Positions 12,901-22,200 of a stretch of 55,874 bases of DNA are shown here, in pieces. Below the pieces are notes generated by a model. It saw nothing but the letters and a program-made list of their open reading frames with translations. It had not been told where the DNA came from and ran no database searches. This stretch comes from Aplysia californica (Eukaryota), in the NCBI RefSeq assembly GCF_000002075.1, contig NW_004797407.1, positions 50,148 through 106,021 of the forward strand. Direction: 5' to 3'. Each line of letters starts with the position of its first letter. Position 1 is the stretch's first letter. Made by a program: the position numbers and the translations under genes.

Positions 12901-14824
12901 ACACAGGCATGTGTATTTGAACGAATCTGTCTTTTTTTATATATTTTTTTTTTTACACAGCTCATAATATGTAGGCATTTCAGGCACTACTTATGACTTC
13001 TCTTATACATGACTATTACTTGCTCAGTGCCTGTAATTTGTCAGAGAGACACCACTAGCTACACTCCCGTTTTGTACTGTCCCTCTGTTGTTTCAGTCTC
13101 CAGTTTCTTGATTCATTTCATGTGTTGTTTTTTTTTCTGTAGCACAAAATGACTCATTATGATTTTTTTCCAAACTTTTTATCTCCTGCAAGATATGATG
13201 TGTGTGTGACTGGAGATTTTGACTCTATTTTCCTCTGGAGTTTTTCTCCAAGATTGGGTTTAGGCAGCCTTAGGGGCGTGGGGGAAGTGGGTGGTTGGCG
13301 GGTGCTCTGGTGTGGTTTGCTCCTTCTTTCCTATCAAACATCTATCGTCCTTATCTCCCCCTCCTTCTTTTTTTATGTTTGTTACTCTCTTGTAACACCT
13401 ATAATCTTCTGGCGCTCATATGACCATATGCTGTTGCGAGCGCCGTAAAATCTTTACTAGAAAAAAAAAAGCCTTAGGGGCAAAGCGTTAATGCATATTA
13501 TATCGATCCCTCGAGTCAAAGATAGATACCTGTTCCAGCTTTTCAGTCTTTATTTTTGGAGGGGAAAGCAAGAGACTCCCATTAGAATACAAGTAGTAAA
13601 GTGAATGGGTAAATTTATTGTTATGGCTGATAACTCTCTTCCCAGCTGACAACGCTACAGGTGAAACCGAACCTAAAAAGGCCAAGAGACCGAAGAAGGA
13701 GGATGAACAGAAGGATCCGAAGAAAAAGAAAAAGAAGGACAAGAAAAAGAAGAAGGTAACTCTTTCTCTGATCCAAAGTCAGTAGAAAAAGTTGATTGCA
13801 ACCAAGTTTCTAAGGTGGGTGATTGGCGGGTGCTCTGGTACGCTTTGCTTTTTACATATTTTTTTCCCTTATCAAACATATTGTCCTTATCAGGCTTATT
13901 TTTCCTTCTTTTTCGTGTTTGGTACACCCAAGCAACACCTAAAATCTTTTGTGAGCTATTTGCAGGTGGGCGCCTTGTACAATGGTACAATGTCAGTATG
14001 ATAGTTTTAAAATAGAGGGGGGGGGGGATGTTCGTTTGTACACCTGATGATGATCTTGGACAAGTGGCTATTGGAGCAGGTACAAGTGTACTATTGTGTT
14101 TGTGTTCAGATAATTTATGTTGTCTTTTATTTTCTGAAAATGCATGTCAAAAAAAAAAAAGCGCATGGGTGTTGTTTATTGAGTTTCTCTGTCTTCCTGC
14201 TGGGATACTGTATCCCATGCAGCCAAGGTTGGCCTTGACAAGCGTTATTTGAGCAGCCTGTTTCTTATATGTGACCTCACTTGTATTGATCTGAGTGTAA
14301 AATACATGCCATCATCGGAATTTGTCACAGAAAAGGGTTGAAGAGCGCCACTGGTAGGTCCTACTTCTTTACTTTCCCTCTGTTGTGTCTGTCTGCGTGC
14401 CTTACTTACTTTCTCCCAGCACTAAATGACCGTTGTTGTGTCAATGTGCTTCTCTTTGCTCAAACGAACAAACGGAAAAGGTCTCTGCTCTTTTCTTGAC
14501 CTTTGAACTGTCTTGGTGAGTGGTTGGCGGGTACTCTGGTGGGGTTTGCTCCTTCTTTTCTATCAAACATCTGCCGTCCTTATCTCTCCTCCTTCTTTTT
14601 TATGTCTGTTACTCTCTTGTAACACCTCTAATCTTCAGCACTTATATGTCCTTATTGTGTTGCAATTGCAGTAAAACTCTTACCTAAAAAAAAAAAGGAA
14701 AAGAAAAAAAAAAGAACTGTCTAGTTTGCTCAAGACTCACTCTGTCTTTACATTTGCCTCTTCCCTCTAGCAGAAACACAGCCCCGACATAGCCACAGCG
14801 AGCGGAGGAGAAAACGCTTCTTAG
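6983..14824 (+). CDS. MED19: Mediator of RNA polymerase II transcription subunit 19; exons 6983-7178, 9650-9806, 10434-10533, 12130-12235, 13646-13755, 14771-14824 (723 nt, 240 aa)
   Basis: Spliced product contains Med19 hallmarks FYL..., ITGSTNLLNYYNLEHSYNRF..KKVKEELSAFLPHLPGNIDSPG.QDNSSLRSLIEK, GFRLHPGPLPEQY, a Lys-rich tail and terminal KHSPD. All introns GT-AG; phases 1,2,0,1,0 join in frame. Confidence 0.95.
7207..7983 (+). mobile_element. Non-autonomous element (Helentron/HINE-like or Kolobok-like), copy 1, in MED19 intron 1
   Basis: Collinear with 19666-20453. Subterminal inverted repeat ggctattctcacccggtg / caccgggtgagaatagcc, terminal hairpins, TT flanks, two internal ~210-bp repeats. 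Confidence 0.75.
8877..9460 (+). mobile_element. Family A copy (8877-9044) with a family B copy (9045-~9445) inserted into its tail
   Basis: aaacctctactaa is duplicated on both sides of the B copy (9032-9044 and 9446-9458). Confidence 0.75.
10642..10812 (+). mobile_element. Family A retroposon copy
   Basis: Aligns to family A from tgggtggttgg to the A-rich tail. Confidence 0.7.
10840..11266 (-). mobile_element. Short retroposon family B (~420 bp) with 5' oligo(C)
   Basis: 10-bp TSD acagtggttt (10830-10839, 11267-11276) encloses the G run at 11243-11263; 3' hairpin shared with family A. Confidence 0.85.
12294..13040. mobile_element. Tc1/pogo MITE, left-end-bearing copy in MED19 intron 4
   Basis: TA + CAGTGGAACTCGGAT; body shared with 15734-16223. 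Confidence 0.75.
13278..13469 (+). mobile_element. Family A retroposon copy
   Basis: 12-bp TSD agccttaggggc (13266-13277, 13470-13481); poly(A) tail. Confidence 0.85.
14336..14475 (+). mobile_element. Third short interspersed repeat (second copy ~38480-38625)
   Basis: Shared gcgccactggtag...aaatgacc.tt.ttgtgtcaatgtgcttctcttt.ctcaaac(AAAC-like tail). Confidence 0.55.
14513..14713 (+). mobile_element. Family A retroposon copy
   Basis: TSD gaactgtct; A-rich tail. A more diverged copy lies at ~13815-13945. Confidence 0.75.
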
Positions 14825-15188
14825 GTGGAGGACAAGGGACGGATACGATACAAGACGAGCAAAGGGCTCGGCGCATCAAAAGACTTGTGTGGTCGATGAT
14901 GGAGGGAGGCCTCACTCTGAAGAGCTGATCGTGTGGTTTTTTGGGGGGAGTACTGGCGGAAGACGCTCCAGTGCTGCGTAATGCTTCGGATCGGAGGAGC
15001 AGGAGGTACACCTTAGGCCTGGTGTTATCTGTCGTCGCGCAGAGTTGTTCCGTCATGAGCTCGGCGGACAGCCGATCCCATCAGCTGTTGTAGGAACCCC
15101 CATTGGGTGCTCGGGTGGCGGGCGATATTCGTTCAGATTGACTGCTGATTTTTGCTGGTATTTAGCAAGCTTGTTTAAACTTGCTTAA

Positions 15189-15438
15189 CCCTATCCGTAC
15201 GTCGTGTTTTACTATCATATCCATTCGACGTGGGGAACTCTGCCACCACTTTCTAAAGAGGAAATTTACTCGTTAATCCCATCAGTAGCCTACGCTTTGC
15301 ATAGCAGTCTGTCAAAATGATTTTTTGAGAAATACTGAAAGTTTCAAAGAGATCTTGGCACTAGCACTAGAAGTATTCTAAAATGTGAAGAATACAACCC
15401 CGGGGGGTACAAAATGACCCCAGGGCGTACGAATAGAG
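15189..15438. mobile_element. piggyBac-type MITE (~245 bp), copy 1, downstream of the MED19 stop
   Basis: TTAA TSDs (15185-15188, 15439-15442); TIR CCCTATCCGTACG. Confidence 0.85.
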
Positions 15439-15733
15439 TTAAGATAAGTGCTTTGCCACAATGGTTGTGTCACTCTTTCTGGTTTTATTGAAATTGGATC
15501 TTTGGGAATTGTCATGACTTTAGTAGGATATTCTCACCCTTTTCTCATGTAAAAACGTATGTTGTTAACGTGTAGGAAAAATCTTTTGATGTGTTGAATT
15601 TTCCTGTGTGTAGTGTATTGGTGTATTGCCTGTAGAATGATTTCAGTGATACATGGTGTGTGTTTGGGTGTGCAGAAGAGCATGTGTGTGAGTGTTACGG
15701 GATATTGTGTGCGAATGTGCGTAAGTGGATATA

Positions 15734-16223
15734 CAGTGGAACTCGGATTCAACAAGATGAGATAGATTCCCCTTTTTTTTTTTTTTTCTTTAAAATCAAT
15801 AAAAATAGTGGTTCTGGCGTTGAACGTCGAAGATGCAAATGCGCCACAGTCTTTTTTTTCCCCTCGGCAACTGATCGTTATTACAATGATTCGCTAGTCT
15901 TGACGTAGATTTACATAATGAATTGTGCGCTGGTCTATGGAATCAAAAGTTGCCGTATGCTAGTCTTGGCTCTACACAGCAACACAACTTTTTGGGAAAC
16001 AATCAAGATGACACAGGCGTGTATTTGAAAGAATCAGTCTTTTTTTTTTACGCAACTCATAATATGCAGGCATTTTAGGCACCACTTCTGACTTCTCTTT
16101 ACACATTACTTGCTCAGAGCCTTTAATTATCTACACAAAACCTCGTGTTTGCTATAACGAACACTTGGATTCAACGTGATTTTAAGTCAGGCCCGGCCAC
16201 CTCGTTGAATCCGAGTTCCACTG
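15734..16223. mobile_element. Tc1/pogo (Tigger-like) MITE; longer one-ended copy at 12294-~13040 and an internal fragment at ~20550-20870
   Basis: TA TSD; TIR CAGTGGAACTCGGATTCAAC / GTTGAATCCGAGTTCCACTG. Confidence 0.85.
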
Positions 16224-16525
16224 TATATTGTGTGTGAGTGGACGGTTAGAGCTTCCATGTTTCCTCTAGAGCAGCCAGTCACAGATCGTTTTTTTGCCAG
16301 GACGCGTCCTGCTTATCATCAGACAACACATTCTAAAAGTTGCCATGGCTGCTTTGTGTGTGTGTTTGTGTGTGGGGGGGTAGGGGGTAGTATAGATGAG
16401 TACACCAGCATCGATGCCATAATTTCATCAATGTCGACCAACTCAGTTGTGTTCATGTATTGTTATATCATTTATTCTCTCTGGTTGTATGTTGAATTTA
16501 AAAAGAAGATAATTCTTTTTAAAGG

Positions 16526-16531
16526 AATAAA
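16526..16531 (+). terminator. Candidate MED19 polyadenylation signal (proximal copy)
   Basis: AATAAA followed about 30 nt later by GU-rich gtggttgttgattttgttgc; TGTA elements upstream. Confidence 0.5.
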
Positions 16532-17042
16532 TGGACATTTTCTTTCTAAAGGAAATATCTGTGGTTGTTGATTTTGTTGCTTCTGCTGTAGTGTTAGTTA
16601 GCTATGTTCATTGGCATGAGGAGAATGTGTTTGTAAATGGACATAAAAGGTGTTGAGCCAAAAAACAAAAATTTGATAAAAATTGCTAAGCAGGGAGAAA
16701 ACTGTGTTTTCTTCAATTTCATTATTTTGACGAGAGCCTGATTCCTCCACGCTGCCTCACATTATATATTGTTTGTGAGTGGACAGTTACAGCTTCCTTG
16801 TCCCTCTAGAGCAGCCAGTCACAGTTCCTTTTTTTGCCAGGACACGTCCTGCTTATCATCAGACTTCAGACAACACATTCTAAAAGTTGCCATGGCTGCT
16901 TTGTGTGCGTGTGTGTGTGTGTGTGTATAGATGAGTACACAAGCACCAATGCCATAATTTCATCACTGTCAGCCAACTCAGTTGTGTTCATGTATTGTTA
17001 TATAATTTATTCTCTCTTGTATGTTGTAATTTTTTTTAAAGG

Positions 17043-17048
17043 AATAAA
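17043..17048 (+). terminator. Candidate MED19 polyadenylation signal (distal, duplicated copy)
   Basis: Same AATAAA + GU-rich context inside the second copy of a ~400-bp duplication. Confidence 0.5.
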
Positions 17049-17205
17049 TGGACATTTTCTTTCTAAAGGAAATATCTCTGTGGTTGTTGATTTTGTTGCT
17101 TTTGCTGTAAGTGTTAGTGTTGGTTAGCTATGTTCATTGGCATTAGGAGAATATTGTTTTCTTTTGATACTTCTCTGACTGTAAGACAGGTAGTGGAGTG
17201 TGCTT

Positions 17206-17805
17206 AGTGGTTGGTTGGCGGGTGCTCTGGTGTGGTTTGCTCCTTCTTTCCTGTCAAACATCTATCGTCTTTATCTCCCCTCCTTCTATTTTGTGTTTGT
17301 AACTCACTTGTAACACTTCTAATCTGTGGCACTTATATGACCTTAGGCAGTTGCGAGCGCCGTAAAACCTCTACTAAAACTAAAACTCCCTTGTAACACC
17401 TCTAATCTTCGGCACTTATATTACCTTATTGTGTTGCAAGTGCCATAAAACTCTTACTAAAACTAAAAACACATGAGCACATGGCGACGGCGTATTGTGT
17501 GTTTCGTTACATGACTGGCACTGGGCTTTCTTACTTCTTTATGTCTTTACTCTTTTGGTGTTCTGTGTGAATGTTCGGCAAATTAAGCAAGTGGGTAATT
17601 GGCGGGTGCTCTGGTGTGGTTTGCTCCTTCTTTCTTATCGAACATCTATCATCCTTATCTCCCCTTCTTCTTTTTTATGTTTGTTACTCTCTTGTAACAC
17701 ATCTAATCTTCTGGCGCTCATATGACATTATGCAGTTGCCAGCGCCGTAAAACCTCTACTAAAACTAAACTAAAAACTAAACTCTAACTAAAACTAACTT
17801 TAAAA
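17206..17805 (+). mobile_element. Cluster of family A copies (17206-17385, extra tail 17390-17470, 17592-17805)
   Basis: Alignment to family A; last copy has TSD aaattaagcaag. Confidence 0.8.
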
Positions 17806-18293
17806 AATTAAGCAAGCTGAAAATACCGATATAATAATTATGTCAAAGAGAAAGAACAAAGCCCTGGTACATGTACATCATACAGCCTGCATCTCAAATT
17901 GCAGCTAGCTACTGAAATACATGTTGGTAGGAGGTGAGATTTGTCGCTGGCCTGACATTCCCGACTGGGCAATCATCATTGCAATTTTAGAAACCATAGA
18001 ATTTAGTCGAAACAGAAAATCCAACTAAACGGTCTAAACCGAAAGAAAATCCAAACCAGGCTGAATGTGTTTCAGTACCCCAGCAGACAGACAGAGATCT
18101 GAATATATATATTTATTATTTATTGCACGAGATATTAATACAACAATACTTTCTCGTATAGGATTTGAACTCATGTTTTCTGTGCTCAACAGCAAAGAGC
18201 CTAACCATTACACTATCAATATCATGTACGCTGGTAATTACAGTAACATAGGTTTGACCTCTTACCGTCAAAAGTTACAAAACTTGTAAGACA

Positions 18294-18488
18294 CCCCCCC
18301 CCCCTGGGGCGGTGCTACTGACTGAAGTATCTTAAGGCTACAATGTATTCTCAAAGGGGGGACATTTTTCGTTCTAATGCCAATGCACAGTAGAATTGTA
18401 AATGGGCTGATCCTACAATGTCATGCTCATGACTGTGCCTGAACTACAACAGGGAACTGCTGCTTTTTCTTTCCTAATCATTACTATT
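18294..18488 (+). mobile_element. Family B 5' half with oligo(C) head
   Basis: C11 then tggggcggtgctactgactgaagt; interrupted by the SINE at 18489. Confidence 0.75.
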
Positions 18489-18569
18489 GTGGCGTCGGTG
18501 GCCTAGTGGTTAGGCTCTCGGCCTCGCAACCGTAAGATCGTGGGTTCGAATCCCGTCAGGGGCCCGACG
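18489..18569 (+). mobile_element. Same tRNA-derived SINE head, inserted into a family-B retroposon (cut by gap)
   Basis: Near-identical to 3822-3902; interrupts family B right after ttactatt. Confidence 0.75.
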
Positions 18570-18669
18570 NNNNNNNNNNNNNNNNNNNNNNNNNNNNNNN
18601 NNNNNNNNNNNNNNNNNNNNNNNNNNNNNNNNNNNNNNNNNNNNNNNNNNNNNNNNNNNNNNNNNNNNN

Positions 18670-18727
<58 letters not shown>

Positions 18728-19117
18728 CACTTAAAGTTTTGTCTGCTAACGGCGATTTGTGTTTTCTTTTTTTTTTTGGTGGGGGTGGTTTGCTCGTGAG
18801 GATGTGAGGATGTCACATACTTAAAAACAGGAAAGTCAATAATTGTAACACAATGAGGCTTTTATTATAATCTTGAATCAAAAGTAAGCATGAAAGGAGG
18901 CACAGGCTGAAGTAATTAAATCTTTTAAAATAAATTATAAATACATGTAGCCAAATAAATGTACGAACTTAACAATTAATTATAAACCGATGAGTCCAGT
19001 ATCATGAAACTGCTTGTGCTGCCATCCAGCCGAGTACAAGAATCTCTTTTACTTTTTCCGGCGGGCAACGGCAAAATAGGCCTTTTTTTAGATGTACTCT
19101 AGATAGATTTTTCTAGC

Positions 19118-19153
19118 TCTAGATCTAGATCTAGATCTAGATCTAGATCTAGA
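19118..19153. repeat. (TCTAGA)6 perfect palindromic microsatellite 90 bp upstream of the MRNIP ATG
   Basis: Read directly from the sequence. Confidence 0.9.
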
Positions 19154-19243
19154 ATAGTTGGATTTCTATAATATTCAATTTTTATTATGCTAAAATAATA
19201 CAAACTTCAAACTTAGAAGTAAGACAGTTGTTTTCTTCGGAAA

Positions 19244-22200
19244 ATGGTTGAATTTCATGTCTTGCAGTGTGCAGACTGTAATACTTTTCAAGTCTTGCAA
19301 GTAACGAAAACTAACAAATGGAAATGCAAGTTGTGTGGCTCAAAACAGTCTGTTCGCAAGGTACGGGTGTGGATGAATCCTTAGGCTACTTAGGTTGAGT
19401 GTGTACGCTTTTTAAACTTTGTTTTGTTGGTGACAAGGTAAGATTTGTTCACAATAGCTGGAGCTTCTGTGACAGTTTGAGTCCGAATATGAAAAAATGT
19501 TATTCGGACAGTCTGATTCTTGTCCAGCATGACATCACTTCCGACTTCCTGTGACTCGTGAATCCGGCTTCCTGTCCTGCCTCACTCGTGACTCGCCTCA
19601 GGCTGGGTAGAGACCGGGATCACTTTGGGCAAAAAGGCGTTTTGTGCAGGAGCCGAGTTTTAATCTTGGCCACCTCTATTCTCACCCGGGATGAGAATAG
19701 TGCAGGCGAGTCTTTTGGCTATTCTCACCCGGTGCGCGTTCACCGTTATAGCCTAGATCTAGGCCAACAAATTTTGCTTTCACCCTAAACCACAGAATTC
19801 TACACTGTGATAACAGAAAAATTGTAGAATTCTGTGCCTTGAACAAACGTTCCATTACAACTGTAGCCTACTAAAAGCGTACAATTTTGTCAGTGACTTT
19901 GGGCAGTGGAGAGAGAGAGAAAGAGAGAGAGAGAGGAGTAGCGCGAGAACTTCCGGTCAAAACAAAATGGCGACCCGCGTTGTTCGGCTCGATTCGAAAA
20001 GTTAAATAGCCGTTGCATCATTGTAGACAACCAGATTAATTTACTTTTGTGTTTTAACATCATTTTTTAACTTTGTTTTGGTCAATTTGATCGTCCACAC
20101 CGATAGACAGTATTCAGAAAGAGACAGAGAGAGAGAGAGAGGGGAGGAGTAGATCTTAGGAGAACTTCCGGGCAAAACAAAATGGCGACCCGCGTAGTTC
20201 GGCTCGATTCGAACAGTGAAATAGCCATAGCATCTTTGAAGACGATTAAATTAGCTTACTTTTGTGCTATAACGTAATTTTTTCTTGGCTTTTATCAATT
20301 TGATCATCCACACCGATAGACAGTATTCCAAAATGAGGAAAAGCAGGTCTTGTTTCGCACCGGGTGAGAATAGCCTACGCTGGCAAGTCTCACCCGGGGT
20401 GAGAGGTAGATCGTTTTTCTATTCTCACCCCGGATGAGAATAGCCACTTCCTTTAATCTTATGATGAATTTGAGGCCAGCCTGAAAAGTTAGAGCGCTTC
20501 TAATAAATGTGAGGTCATCAGAAGCAATTAAAGATGGCTCGTTAGCGTGTGACGGGGTCGGATGGGCGGTCTGCACACGTTTGGCTGTGTGCGTGTCGGG
20601 GAGGGTGGTGGGCACTATCGGTCTGGGCTTTGAACGTCGCATACGCGTCAGTCTTTTTCCCACCGGCAACTGATCATTATTACAATAATAAGCTAGTCTT
20701 GACGTAGATCTACGTAATGAATTGTGCGCTGGTCTGTGGAATCAAAAGTTGCCGTATGCTCAGCTCTACACAGCAACACAATTTTTTCTTGGTAAACAAT
20801 CGATATGACACAGGCTTGTGTATTTGAACGAATCGGTCTTTTTTTTTTTACACAGCTCATAATATGCAGGTGCCAGGTGGTCTGCTTATCTTCAATTTTA
20901 CCTTTTTCTACAACAAAGAAAGTGGGAAACGGGGGGGGGGGGGGGGCGTATCAATGAGGCGGCGGGCATTGGATCGGCAGATGAGGTGTGGGGGAAACTA
21001 AAAATGGCGGAAAATTGGAAGCACTGAACGTTAGATCTATAGAACGAAGACACTTCCTTTTTTCCGGACTCGAGTCCGAATAACATTTTTCCATATATTC
21101 GGACTCGAGTCCGAATAAGAAATTTTTTTATTCGGACTCGAGTCCGAATATGAAAAAATGTTATTCGGACTCGAGTCCGAATAACAACGGCCTTCCCCTA
21201 ATTGTATTTGTATATATCGTCGGCCTGGTGATAAATCCGACTAACCCACAAAATGTCAAAAAAAATTTTATTGGCTCTATCGATAGCAAATTGTCTTAGG
21301 CTCTCGGACTCGCAACCGTAAGGTCGTGGGTTCGAATCCTGTCAAGGGCCCGCCGTTGTGTCCTTGGGAAAGGCACTTTACACGAATTTTCCTCACTTCA
21401 CCCAGGTGGGAATGGGTACCCGGCTATAGACAGCGAAAGATCTTGTCAGTTTGTTTGTGTTTGAGCGCTTAATCGGCTGCTCGCACTGTATGCTTCCCGG
21501 GAAGCTGAGAATGTTTCGGAGTGTACTATGGTCTGCTGGGGTAATAATATAGTGTAAAGCGCATAGAGCCTGCTGTTGAGCGGGGATATGCACTATACAA
21601 ATGCGATCTATTATTATTATTATTATTATTATTTCATATGCTCACTCATAGTCAGATCTAAATTTTGTCTAGAAATGTCTTTAAAACATTAGAAATAAAA
21701 CCGTATAACCCGGCATCCATCGGATTTTAGCCCGATGTTTCCGACTATCCCACCTGCGAGGGAGGGAATGAGGGTTGACTGTTTTTGTCGCGCTAACAAT
21801 GAGCGGCCACGTGCTACGTTACCGACTAACCCCAGCTTCGACTCGTCTCCGGACTTTGTCGGTAGCTTCTCGTTCTTTACTCACTCAGAAAAAAAAATGT
21901 GGGACCTGTCCAGCACACCGTCTGCCCCCAACGATCGTTGTTTTTTAAAGTGCTTTTCTTTATAGTGTTTATTGCAGTCATTACCTCCTGAAACATCTTT
22001 CGAATTTCTTTCAAAGTTCATTTCGTTTGTGTTTTAGTGTAGATTATTTTCTCAGTGTCATAACATAAGGCTTTATCTTTATATCAAACCTTAACTTACA
22101 TGCCGCTAGAACATTCAATAAGATGATGCCACGCTTGCTGCGTCACCTCTGACCCTCAGCGCAATGGAAAGGGATCAACGTGACCAGGCTAATGTCACAT

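Larger units (their letters stand above)
16224..17153 (+). repeat. Direct duplication of ~400 bp (16224-~16628 and ~16765-17153) separated by a MITE end fragment
   Basis: Both copies run from tatattgt.tgtgagtggac to ctatgttcattggcat.aggagaat with scattered substitutions and indels. Confidence 0.85.

Noticed and set aside
13646-13660. Alternative in-frame acceptor 15 nt into MED19 exon 5 (and 9 nt into MRNIP exon 3)
   Set aside because: Weak pyrimidine tracts and no transcript evidence.
21064-21183. CRISPR-like repeat-spacer appearance
   Set aside because: Spacers are only ~11 bp and mirror each other, there are no cas genes, and the context is a eukaryotic intron.
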